Source: Ancylonema sp. (lineage: Eukaryota). Taken from it: a DNA stretch of 56,449 nt. Location of the stretch: positions 1 to 56,449 of the forward strand of contig JBFLGF010000095.1 in assembly GCA_050230475.1 (NCBI GenBank), given 5' to 3'. Made by a program: the position numbers and the translations under genes. This document shows, one piece after another, positions 35,624 to 47,500 of this stretch (the first letter of the stretch is position 1; each line of letters starts with the position of its first letter). A model generated the notes under the pieces. It had not been told where the DNA came from and did no database searches. It saw nothing but the letters and a program-made list of their open reading frames with translations.

Positions 35624-38312
35624 ATGTCATCCTCTAAAATCTCGTCCTCGAAGAAGTCGTCGAAGAGGCTGGTGAATGAGGATGAGTCAGATGGGGATAT
35701 AATCAAACACAGATCCAGTAGCAGTCGGGACAAAGAATCGGACAAGCTAGAGTCTAACGGCAGGTCAAAGAGCTCCAGCTCGACAAAGGAGAAAAGTGAA
35801 CGCGCTTCCAAGAAGACCAGCAGCAAGGAAAAGGGAGAAAGCTCATCGCGGTCTAGCAGTAAAGACTCGGATAAAGGAAAGACAAAGTCAGGCAGCAAAG
35901 AGAAAGATACGGACAAAGAAGACGAAAACGAAGAGAATCACCTAGAAAGGAGCAAGAGGAACAAAAGCCATAAGAGCAATAGCAGCAGTAGCAAGAAGAG
36001 AAAGGAGAAGGGGGAGGCTTGTATGCTGTACGCATTGGTGGCGAGAGGGAAGTATATATTGGCAGAGTGCAGCACACGTTCGGGTGACTATGCAGAGATT
36101 GCTATGGAGGAGATGGCAGCAGCTCCCACAGAAAAATCTTCATTCACAATTCCCCACGGCGACTACACTCTCAACTTCGTGGTCGAAAATGGCATCAGTG
36201 AGTATAAGCGATCCAGATGGGCGTACTTGGATCATAACAGAATGTGTCTCTACTTTTACATAGCTTGAGTTCTGGATTTCATGCTACTTTCCCATTGCCT
36301 TTTAATGGCAACCGGTTCGAAATCTGGGAAGGTTCCTCATCCTACGGACTAGACTGCCAGATATCGTTCAGACTTTAATGGAGAATGAGGCTGGATTACG
36401 TCAAAAGCTAGCTATCATGGACGGCTTTCATTAGGAGGATTATATGAGGTCCCAGGGGAGTCCCACAGAATCTTCGTCTCCCTCCTCCTTATATCGATTT
36501 TCCATCCCATCCCTTTGTGGTGCAGCTTACATGGTGATGTCGGATAGCCATCTGCTACGAGAGACATCGCAGGGCTTTCTGGAGCGAGTGAAAGAGGACT
36601 TTCCCAAACGGTACACCAGGAAGTTGCTGACGGCAAAGCCAGGGAGCCTCTCGCTAGAATACGGGTATGTCACTTCGCTCTAATTCTGAAATTCTGGCTC
36701 ATTGAGGACTATGGCACACAGATTTTGACTAAGATCATTGACAATGACTGCCTTGACAGAAAGTACCGACCAGCTGTAGCCCTTGGTCAATAATGGGAAA
36801 AAAAAAACAATGTTATGCTTTCTCGTTTCTTGTTTCTCTCACCCTGCGTCACATGCAAGACATTGATCTGCATCGGGCGGTATGCAAACAAGCAGAATGA
36901 CGCCATGCCGACGCTAGTGAGATCCATCTCATTTATGTGAAGCACATCACAAGATTGTAAAGGAATGCCGATTCCGTTTCCGAATGCAGGCCTAAGATTC
37001 TTCAGCACATGGAGTATGTGCTGGCGCACCCTGAGGAGATGAGCAAGACTTCCAAAATAAAAGCACAGGTGGCGGAAGTGAAGGGGGTGATGCAGCAGAA
37101 CATCCAGAAGGTATGTTCCCTATTTCTTTCACATCACCTCGACCAAAGCAGGCGTACATTCCACCCTGCACGTCACGTGACCTCGAGATGACCTTTTAAT
37201 GAATGCCTGGGATGATGATAATGATATGAGCTGTGTTTTTCAGTAGTTTAGTGATACAGCATTGGGGATGACTATTGCCGATTCTAGTGCCACCGACATA
37301 GTGCCGCCAAGCTGTGCATCTTTCCTCCGAGAAATTGTTTTCCATTACCAGGACACCAATGCCTCTCTTCTAATTATTGGAAGGCATCACTGTCACACAA
37401 CTTGCGATCCTCAGATCTGGGTAATGGAGTTCACTTTTATATGAGAAGCACTGCATCAGGAGTCTTATCTACGCTCACCTTCCTCAATATTTCATTGTTT
37501 TTTGCTTGCAGGCCCTGCAAAGAGGAGAGAAGCTTGAAGTGCTACAAGAGAAGTCTGACCTGCTAGAAAGCCAGGTACTAGTCACAGAGTGCATACTTAT
37601 AACCCCAATCCCAAATCCACCACAAGTGGCACAAGTGTCATGTGCTGCGGTCATGATGGACTAGACGGTATTGCAATGCACATGTGCTATGATCTTGTTA
37701 CATAGGATGCATCTAGCAAACGTGGTTGTCATACAAGCAATCCTTCTTTTATATATAGAAACCATAGAGAGGTAGAGATATTCGATGTTTGACAGATTGG
37801 TCTGGATACAGATGCTATCATTATACTAGATATAAAATATTCAGTTTTTGATTCGTGCATCACTCATTTTTGCCTCCCGTCATGTTCTTCTTATGCAGGC
37901 CAACTTATTTAAGAAGCAAGGAGGCGAATTGCAGACTAAGTTTTGGCTTAACAATCTAAAGATGAAACTCATGGTACTAGGAGGCCTCTTCTTACTGGCT
38001 ACATTCTTCCTCATACCCCTGCTTGGCATCCCACACGTCCCTACGTATTCCCAGATTGGGAGGGGGATGAACCAGTACGAATACAGCGGAAATGTGAATC
38101 CAAATGTACCCACCACAACCGTGCGGGGTGGGGAACCGAAAATCACTCCCGCTGAAATTCCACCGCAACCTCTCCAGCACCAAGCACCACCTTTGTCTAC
38201 GGATGTTCTACAAGCACCGGCCATACCTAAATATTTGAATCAAGCACCCGCTTTGCCCGAGACCACCATTCCAATCGGTGGAGGGAAGATTGGTGGCATG
38301 TCGACTCCTTGA
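35624..38312 (+). CDS. VAMP72-like longin R-SNARE with N-terminal S/K/E/D-rich and C-terminal Pro-rich extensions
   Basis: Exons 35624-36197, 36526-36664, 36990-37110, 37512-37574 and 37899-38312. Longin domain ([13 protein letters not shown]...FLERVKEDF...EYGPKI..HMEY..HPEEMSK), R-SNARE coil ([28 protein letters not shown]) and TM ([22 protein letters not shown]). Confidence 0.9.
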
Positions 38313-39929
38313 CATTTCGAGAATTGATGGAACTCCGGAAATATTTTTGTGACTTGTATTTGAGCGATGTGTGAAATGAAGTATATGTCTTAGCTATTGC
38401 TTATGTGGAGTCTAGTGATCTCTTGTACAGTCGTGAGGTACCTCTCCATGTTTCGTATTACAAAAATAAATTTGTCAAGAGGCATATGTAAAAGCAAATG
38501 TTGTAGCTTGATTCAGGGTTTAGGAGGCACTTCCAAAACATGTAGCCTTGAGCTCAAATAACTAGCATTATTTGACCATAAATTTTGTAAGTTTTTCACA
38601 TGCAATCTTTTTGTCTCAATAAGCAGAGTTGGAGTGATGCTAGTGCTTGGGAGTGGTTAGACACAAAGATGTACGATACATTGGCAAATGCAATATTGTG
38701 TCAACCATTATAGCGTTGAACTCCACAATGATGAATACATCATGATGAATATCGTAGTTGAGAAGTCTTTCATATCAGTGACACGTCATAGTATATTTTG
38801 CACAAATTTTCGCAACTGTTACCAGAAGTTTGTCACGAAGTTTGGTGATGCCTTACCCCTCGCGCAGTGTACCGCGCGCTTTCCGTAAACCGAATTGAGT
38901 GATACCGGATTTTGTTGCGAATTTATTTATCTTATATACTAACACGAAATTCTAGGAGCTTGAGCACACCACATCGCGTAGCATAGCACGATAAGTGTAA
39001 CTGTAGTCCCACGCCGACAAATGATTCAGAAAAATGGTAATGAGCATAGCATTTACATGTGGCCGAGACGTACAAGTCATGCCTTACAATTTGAATCCAT
39101 GACATTCAAGAAACAAATCGCTTCATTTCGGCTAGATAAAATCATTTGCTACCTTCATGGAAACAAAGACATACAATAAACCATTATCCATACAAGAATC
39201 CCCACACCATATGATAATTTGTGAACAATAAACTTCATGTTGCACTTCTAACATTTGTAATCGCCATAAGCACATGTATGCATGTTGCATGTTGCAAGTA
39301 CTTCTCACATCACCGAGTGTGGCAATCTAGAGGCATATAGTTTTATCGTGTGTATCCATATATTGACTTGCCGTGGACCGAAATAAATGCTTAATATCTA
39401 AATTTGCTCTCAATAAAATAAAATAAAAATTAAAGCTATTGAATTCGATTGCAAGCCCTTCGACCTTATCTATCTATATGTGATCAATCTTATCCCTCCA
39501 TATCTGCAACTACTACCGCTAATCTCCCACCCACTCCAAGTGCAAATGTCGGCACACAAAGCAACAATCCACATCATTCATCTCCAATTTTTCTGTCGAG
39601 CTCTCTCGGTTTGCCGTCTTCCACAATTCCAACACCATCATATCTCATGTCTCATGATCGTATCCATCTAAATTATTGTTACCCCGCGGGGTCGAATCTC
39701 ATATAGAGGCAAACTCCCACACGTGACTTCGATCCGCCCCCCCCTCCACAACTTCCAAATAAATTCCTGACCCTCTCCCTCCAACTTTCCCACACCAACC
39801 CCCCCCTCCGATATTTTGTACCGGACACCTCCCCCTCCTTTATTAGTGGCCAATATGTCAGTTGAAGACAATGTTCGGATTCGCGGATTTATCTCTGGCT
39901 CCATTGCATCTCCACCCGATAAAGACCTC

Positions 39930-42040
39930 TTAACACAAGCTGGTTTGCAGTGTCTGTTTTCTAGACACAAAATCGAGAAACAAGGCAAAAAGTGGGTTGG
40001 TGGGAAAGAAGATCGAGAAAAAGTGTAGAGTTGTTAACCATTCAGCCATCACTCCTTCTAAACACAAAACGCACAAAACGCATTCCTTCTAACCGAAAGA
40101 AAGCATACATGATGCGCAACAACTCTCCCAATTCGTCACACACGTTACTGTTGCAAAACATTGTTGTGCGTTTTTTTTTTATCTAGTACCTTTTGTGTTG
40201 CTCCAAGATATGCGATTCACTTGAGAAGCGGTCACCAGTCCTAGGTGTGTCGTGGCTCCAACCACTAAGATGGTGCCAACTGTCAACAAGAGATCCCCTC
40301 TCGTGGTTTTTTTGTACCTCTCCTCTGATTGGCTCTCCATCCCAGGCACACTCAAGGGAGGATTCAATCGCTCTCTCTCTGCTGAGAGGCTGGGCTGAAC
40401 AGTGAGTGGATGGGGTGGGGGTTGGGGGAGAAGGAGGGCGGGTGGGAAGAGAATCGACCCTGCCAAAGCTGTAAGACCTGCCAAGGGTGCACACACGACA
40501 GGCGTATGAGGGGGTAATGTCGTCATCATCAACGGTGATGACGTCAGCAATCTCAGTGATGACATCAGCAATCTCAGTGATGACATCAGCAACCGGCGTG
40601 TTAAACGGTTCAGCACTATCACTCTGCATCATGAGAGGCTGGTTAAAATTGAAAACAGTGGGAAAGGAGAACGGTAGATTGCTACGTAAACACTGATGCC
40701 GTATTCGAAGGTATGTGCAGCCACCTAGAAACTTAGGATGAAAATATTCACAATATGCAATGACTTACAGTATAATGAGTGATGATAAAGGTTGAAGGAT
40801 CAAGGGAGGTACCGAGTAGTGTGAGGAGGGCTAGGGTAAGCAGAGCCATATTGAAAGACAATCCCTCTACCAGACTTCCTTTCTGCACTTCTGAATCCCT
40901 CTTGGTGCCAGACATGAGGGAAGTGATGGACGGCTCTGAATGGCTCTTCCGAAGATATCTGAACCTTTCGTTCCTCGCCCCAACTCCGGCAGGAAAATCT
41001 TTCACCTTTATTCTGGCACCAGTCTGAGAGGGAGCTACTACTAAGAGTGCTCCCCCCACTTTTGTGTCTGTTCTGGGAACGCCACCTGGATGTGGGGTGA
41101 CATGCACCTGAGGCTTGGCTTCAGTATCCGCCACCAATGTGGTGATGACACCTGTCTTTGTGATGGGCCCTCCAGAGTGGACTCGGAGACAAGAGGGGGA
41201 TGGTGCGCCAGCTGTCAGCCCGTGACGAGGAGAAGGGGAAGTGGGAGGCGCTGCCAATGAGGGGGTCACACTTGACTTCACGCCGGTGGGTGAAAGTGTG
41301 ATGGATGTGCCACCTGTCCTTTTCTGATTGGAGCCTGGTGAAGGGACAGATTGCGAGTCTGTGGCTGAAACACCTGTCATGCCTTTCCTTAACCTGATCA
41401 CAATCTTCTGCCTCTGATTTCCGTTTTCTGACACAGGAAGCTTCCCGGTATCTTCCGCAAGATCGACGTATTTTGTCTGCGTTAGAGGCATGCCACATGT
41501 CATGTTCTTGTGCCTCGCTGTCGAAGGGGAGAGTGATGATTTAAAAGCGCCAGCTGTCTGCCTGCCATTGGGTGGATCTGGAGGCATAATGCAAGATATG
41601 CCTTGAATCTTATCCACATTCTTCCCCAAATAATGTGTGGGTGTGGTTGGGGCAGGGGTGCCACCTGTCCTTCCTGTCGCCTGATACGAATTGGGACTGC
41701 GAGGAGGTCGGGGGCATGGGCTGCGAGGGCTGCCAGAAATCGCAGAGTACTTCTTTCGCTTTTCTGAATCTTCCTTTCTGTCTACCTTGCGGAATTCCGA
41801 TCTGATCATCCCTACTTCAGCACTTCCCTTGACCAATTTTAGAGACTTGTTTGGAAGATGAAATTCTCGACTTTTAGTTGGTAGGAGAGGAGGTCGTTGA
41901 TTCGCTGAGGCATCCGACAATCCATCGCTGTCACCAAACTTCTCGGATAGGCTGGCATTAGATAAGAAGCTCTTGAGCGACAGACTCTTGATCTTTTTGT
42001 TCTGGGACAGCTGTCCAAACTCGGCCAGGTAAGAAGGACA
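39930..42040 (-). CDS. Orphan low-complexity (S/P/T/G/K-rich) protein, putative spliced gene; 5' end unresolved
   Basis: Stop-free frame from ~42040 to a donor at 40870, then phase-0 exon 40623-40190 and terminal exon 39960-39930. Both introns have GT..AG ends and pyrimidine tracts. No domain recognised. Confidence 0.42.
40535..40592 (-). repeat. 21-bp tandem repeat (~2.7 copies) encoding ADVITEI in the orphan gene
   Basis: gtgatgac(g/a)tcagcaatctca repeated on +. Confidence 0.85.
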
Positions 42041-43950
42041 TCATCCTGGCGGTCTAGAGTTTTGGTTCGCCGATGAAGTAGGCTACTGTTCGCTCTAGCA
42101 GACGCCGTTGACCCCCACACGTGCCCACCCCCGAGGGCATATGATGGAAGGGGAGATGGCGAAATCTTTACGGGCATGGAAAGAGTTCTCTGGACCAGTC
42201 TGGATTCGTCTGCGCCGATTTACTCATGATCAGGTGGGCCCCACGGGAAAGAAGCCTCCGTCTTACCGGCGTTTTGGAGCGTACTCATCTCTTCCATTTG
42301 GAAATTTGAAATGGAGAGAAGGATTTACACCAGCAGGTAGGCTCAGATGAGAAAGAAAAGCGAGATGCGGTGTCCCTGTCTCGTATCTACCATATCTCGC
42401 TGTAAATAGTCTCCGATGGCTTCCAAGTAGACGGCTGATATGAATTCTATCTACATGAAAACTGAATATTCGTGCGTTTGTCAAAGATGTCAAAGGCAAC
42501 CGAGAAGATTTCTGTAAGGCAGTCACTTTCAGACACATCGCTCCTCCTCGAATGAGCCCTCTGGATGACGTACGATTTTCAAGACGAGAGGTCGTCATCC
42601 AGTAGACACATTATAGGGGAAACGATTTATCTCTATCCCAACGCTGCTTGCAGTCGTCAGCTGGACGAGGACCACAGGTAATGAGAGGGGACTGTGACGT
42701 GTGCAGGAAGCAACGTTAATGGCGATGCGGAAGTCACGGGCGAACCAACCCTCCCTGTCCGGTATGTGCGGCCAGATGTGCGACCAACCCGCCCAGCTGC
42801 GAGTGCCCACTTGCACGAATGGGGTAAGCGGGGGGGTGTCCCTCACACGTGCCTGAGGACGATAGCGCATTTTTTTCTCTCTAGTGTGATTCTCATGGAC
42901 ATTGTGAGTGTATGTTCCTAAAACGTACACAAATGCAACACAAACGAGATATACATGCAGCTTGACATTAAAATCGTATGGCACTCTCTAGGGAGTGTTG
43001 TGAAGTCACAAATTATAGCGTGGGCTTTACACATGCCAAGGATCGATAACAAGCATGCGTGCCACTTCCATAGCAAGAGTGCCACCTAGTGTAATGATGG
43101 ACATGCTCATGAGTGTGATGTCGAATGGTGGAATGCATATAACCATGATAGTGATGTAGCACAGTACTGTCGATACAAAATGTTTGATCATGCTCCCTAA
43201 AAGGTGTAAAGCTGTAGGTATACGCTACCATAGCATTGGTGCACGTGTGTGCCACACGATGTCATTTTGGTCCTCCACATCAAATTCCAAAAACACTATG
43301 AGCACGCCATGAATACAAAAAGATTCGGATACGATTCGTTGCAAAATGCAGAGGTTCATAGCCTACTTGGTCGCAAGTAGCGACCACTTTAGGTAGACAA
43401 GTCATGTAAGCCAAGTCATGCAGCGATTCGCAGATTAGCAAATTATCTAAGTCATGCATCTGAATTACGTCATTTTTATTCATGTGTTTGTGTACGTGAT
43501 CAAGAGTTTTTCGTTGCTAATTTCCATGTTAAGCTGCGACAAGTAAGCGGATCATGCAACTACGTAAGGTGAGGTGCTTGTCATCCCCAAAACGAAGGTC
43601 AAACTCTTCTCGTTGGAGCGAGTTGTCAACATGGGCAAAATCCTACTTTTTTATCATGTGAATTCGTCATGCTGTACACCACTCCGCATTTTGATTGAAT
43701 ATTCAATACAAAATGTATTGTGCACCCACTTATCGTGTTGTGTTGGTATAAATATGGATGGTGATGCAGGTGTGCGAGAACGCCCCTCCCTATGAGACTC
43801 ACTTGCATTCATTCAAAACAATAGTATACCTCAAGGTACTCCTCAGATCAACTTTAGTGATTTTATATCCCCATAGAGGTAAAGGTTCATGTTCTACGTG
43901 CATTACGATGCACCGCATGGATCCCGACATTCGAGGACTAGATACAACTA

Positions 43951-44028
43951 ATCCGGATCGCGAATCTATCAAATCATCACGACAAGTCTATCCGGATCGC
44001 GAATCTATCAAATCATCACGACGAGTCT
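43951..44028 (+). repeat. 39-bp tandem duplication with 1 mismatch, intergenic
   Basis: atccggatcgcgaatctatcaaatcatcacgac(a/g)agtct x2. Confidence 0.9.
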
Positions 44029-44524
44029 CTCACTCTTTGAGATTCTCATACGCACTCTCAAGCTATACATTAGTGAAAGCTTAAATCCCATCAACAACAA
44101 CAATATTCACCATAAAGAACGTCTCCAACTTCCATCATATCCACATGACAACTTGCCGAAGGCACAATGAAACTTATAGACAAATGCAAAAGTTTTGTCA
44201 CAACGTCTGTCACCTTAGTCCCTAAAGCCTTGTCTCTTGGACTTAGTCTCTTGTCTCTTGGGCTTGTTGCTATACCACGCTGCACGCGGGTGCATATTCG
44301 CCATATTACTTACATTCTTCGTGAAACCTTACTTCGTTACATCGAAGAACTTACTTGGGAGCTTACTACATGATATGCTGCAACGCGGTTGCTCACTATT
44401 TATTTAGTATGCGAATTCTTGTTTACAAAGTCGACGTTGACACCCCACCTATGCACAATTTTTTTATACACAAGTAACACACCTTACAAATCACATTCAG
44501 ACCCCGTCAATCCGTAACCCCCAT

Positions 44525-47500
44525 TCAACTTTTTCCAATTCTCCCGATCCCTTCTTCAGGCAACACCACCTCCCCCGCCTTCAACCCCCCCCTCTCCACG
44601 CCCCACCCCCCCCCCCCCACAATCTCCTTCACACCAAGAAAGGTATGCGCCTCGTTTTGCACTTGGTAGAATAGGCACCCCCAGGGGGATGTGGGCAAGG
44701 GGGGTGATTGCCAGGAAGCTTCCTCCACCACCCCTGTATCCACCACCAACCCCTCCCTAACACAGCGGGCGGCAGAGGGGTGGGTCTTGTCGGGTTCCAG
44801 GTACTCACCCGCTACTACACAGCCTAGGGAGCGATAACCGGGGGGGGGGAGGGGCATCCAGATGGAAACCGGTTCCTCACTACCTTCATCACTGTTCCGC
44901 CACACCTGCACTCATGAGATAAGGAGTGAAATATATAAAAATATTTTAAAATTGGAGGAAACAAAACAAAAAAAATGAAGGGGTGCAAAAGCAAAAAAAG
45001 AAAAAAAATAAAAAAAAATAGGTGGGTGGAAACGAAAGTGGGTTACAACAATATCACCAAACCACACCAATGAATAAAGGAAAGAGAGAGGGAGAGTCGA
45101 GGGTGTATCCGAACACTCACAAGGTCGTATCCGATGGGCGCTGCAAAGTCTCCCGCCACGTCACGATACACAGCGGCATGGTCCGGTTGGTCCAGGCCCC
45201 CATGGATGATGTCACCCACACGAACGAATCTGATACCATACACACACATACCCACCCACCCACCCACCCACACAGGTGTCACCACTTTCTGAAAGGACAC
45301 CATCACAGATCCGCCTCCCTCCCTACTGCTCACCCTGGGGGGGGGAGGGGCCGCCAGATGGTCACGGGCTGCGGTACGACAGCATGCTTCTGCAACCCCC
45401 CCCCTCCCCCAACCACGTTTTTATAAGAATGAGACACCGGGGTCGGTATGGCGAGAGAGAGCGATATGTATGAATAGAGCAAAGATGGCAGTTGGGCATC
45501 GAAGGTTTGAGTGAGATTGAGTGGAAGATGGTGTAGTGACTCACCGTCCGGATCACAGCCGATTCCCAAAACCCCTTTGCCCTCTCTCTGCTCCACACCC
45601 TCTCGAAGGTTTCCACAATGGATCGCCGTGTCACCTCCTCACCCCCCACCGTGCGGCTGGTGAGGGGAGAAAGAGAGAGAGAAACGTGGCGGGAAGAAAT
45701 GGAACCCTCTCGAACACTCTGGGCTCGAGAAGACTTTCGGACAGAGAAGCGTCGACTCTCGGGGTACAAAGGGCCCTAGTCGTAAAATATATGAAGAAAA
45801 GAAGGAGTTAAAGTACATTCAAAGAATAAATGACAAACAATAATGGATGAAAAAGCAAAAGACAGGGCGCTAGGAAACTATATACTACTATAAACTACTG
45901 TAATTTTGCTACTAAAAAGTAAGACTAGAAGAATAATAGAATTATAGAATTATAGAATGCCCACAAACGTTGAGGTGTGGGTGCCAAGGGCAACAGCTCA
46001 GACGGCCCTCACCTGCTGCACCAGCTGTCGTCTCTCGGGTCCATACTTGTCAAGAGCTGACATCACCCCCCTCACCACCTCCTCCCCCCTCCCCACATCC
46101 ACGCTACACCCCCTCCAGAACACCCTCTCCTCCACACACCTCAGGTGTATGATGAGGTGTCCCCTCCCCTGCGCCTCCTCTGCAAAACTGCCAGGTGGCG
46201 TCATCTCAACGAATAGTATATTAGGCCAGGGCACCTCCCACTCCACCATACACGGCTCCACCTTTTCTCCCCTCTGTGAGGGGGAGTACATCATGGTGGG
46301 TCGTCTTTGTAGGTATACCACTCTCTTGTTGGTGAGTACTAGCTGGTGCTGACGTGGCAGATCGAAGTGGGTGTGGTAGATGTCAGAGACTGCAAACTTG
46401 GCTCGATCCCCAAACAGAGACAGGAACTTTCCCGTGTCTGCAACCTGGAGCGTTATCTGTCCCTCCGCCTTCCTTTTATCGTACTCTGAGAGGGTCTGGT
46501 CGGCTCCTATGGCTCTCGGCAGTCTCGTCCGGTGCAGCTTCTCGGTTTTGGAGAGAGCTGCTTGGATTCGGAGCAGAGAGGCATCCAGCCCTTCTGTTGT
46601 ATAAGCCACAAAATCCAACACTCCACTCACGGGGTGAAGAGCCGTCCCCAGCAACCCCTTGCCTACTTCTTTCGCCACCCCCCCGTGCAGCACCCCCTTA
46701 ATGGGATGGACCACAGCGTCGGATACCCCGAAAGCAATACCACGCGCCAGAGCACCCCCCCCACAGAACAAGCCATCCACCACCCCCTCGATCTTCTTGC
46801 CCACATCCTGTAACACACGTGGCAACAACGGTACGGAGGAGGTGGGTACTCGAGAGAGGAGAGGAGAGAAGAAAAAGAGGATGTATGCATGTGTGTATGT
46901 ATGTCTATATGCATGTGTATATGTTTACATGTATGTATGTCTGGATGTATGTATGTACGTATGTATGTATGTATATTTGTATGTATGCATGTATATGTGT
47001 ATGATTGTACATGTACATACATATTGTGTGTATGTATGTATGTGTGTATACCTGTATGTATGCATGTATGTATACCTGTATGTATGTATGTCTGTATGTA
47101 TGTCTGTATGTGTTTATGTCTGTTCGTGTGTACTGCTGTATATCTGTCTGTATACCTGTATGTATATGTGAGTGTATTTGGTACCTGTGTCTCTCGTAGT
47201 TCTATGAATGTTTTATCCATGGCCAGTTGCGCCGCCCCCTTGCTGAGTGTGAGCAGTCCAGAGCTGATAACCGCCAATCCGTCCACACCACGCAGCACCC
47301 GCAGGGGCTGGTGCAGAAGATCGCCCTGGACCCGTGTCAGAATGGCACCGATAACCGCACTCTGGGCCAACACCTGGTGCTTGCGGACAACGGGGGAGAA
47401 GGATAGCTGGACCAACCAGGGGAAAGGGAATTCACCACCAGAGGAAAAGCAATTCAGAAGGGAGTAATATAGGGGGGAAGGGAGGGGGGAGGGGAGGCAA

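Noticed and set aside
36310..36332. GGTTCGAAATC T-loop-like motif
   Set aside because: No A box or cloverleaf; lies in VAMP intron 1.
43951..44028. CRISPR-like repeat of 33-39 bp
   Set aside because: Only two abutting copies, no unique spacers, no cas genes, eukaryotic context.
46819..47467. MYV/CMY-rich plus-strand ORFs
   Set aside because: They come from the intronic TATG satellite and antisense VPS13 exon sequence.
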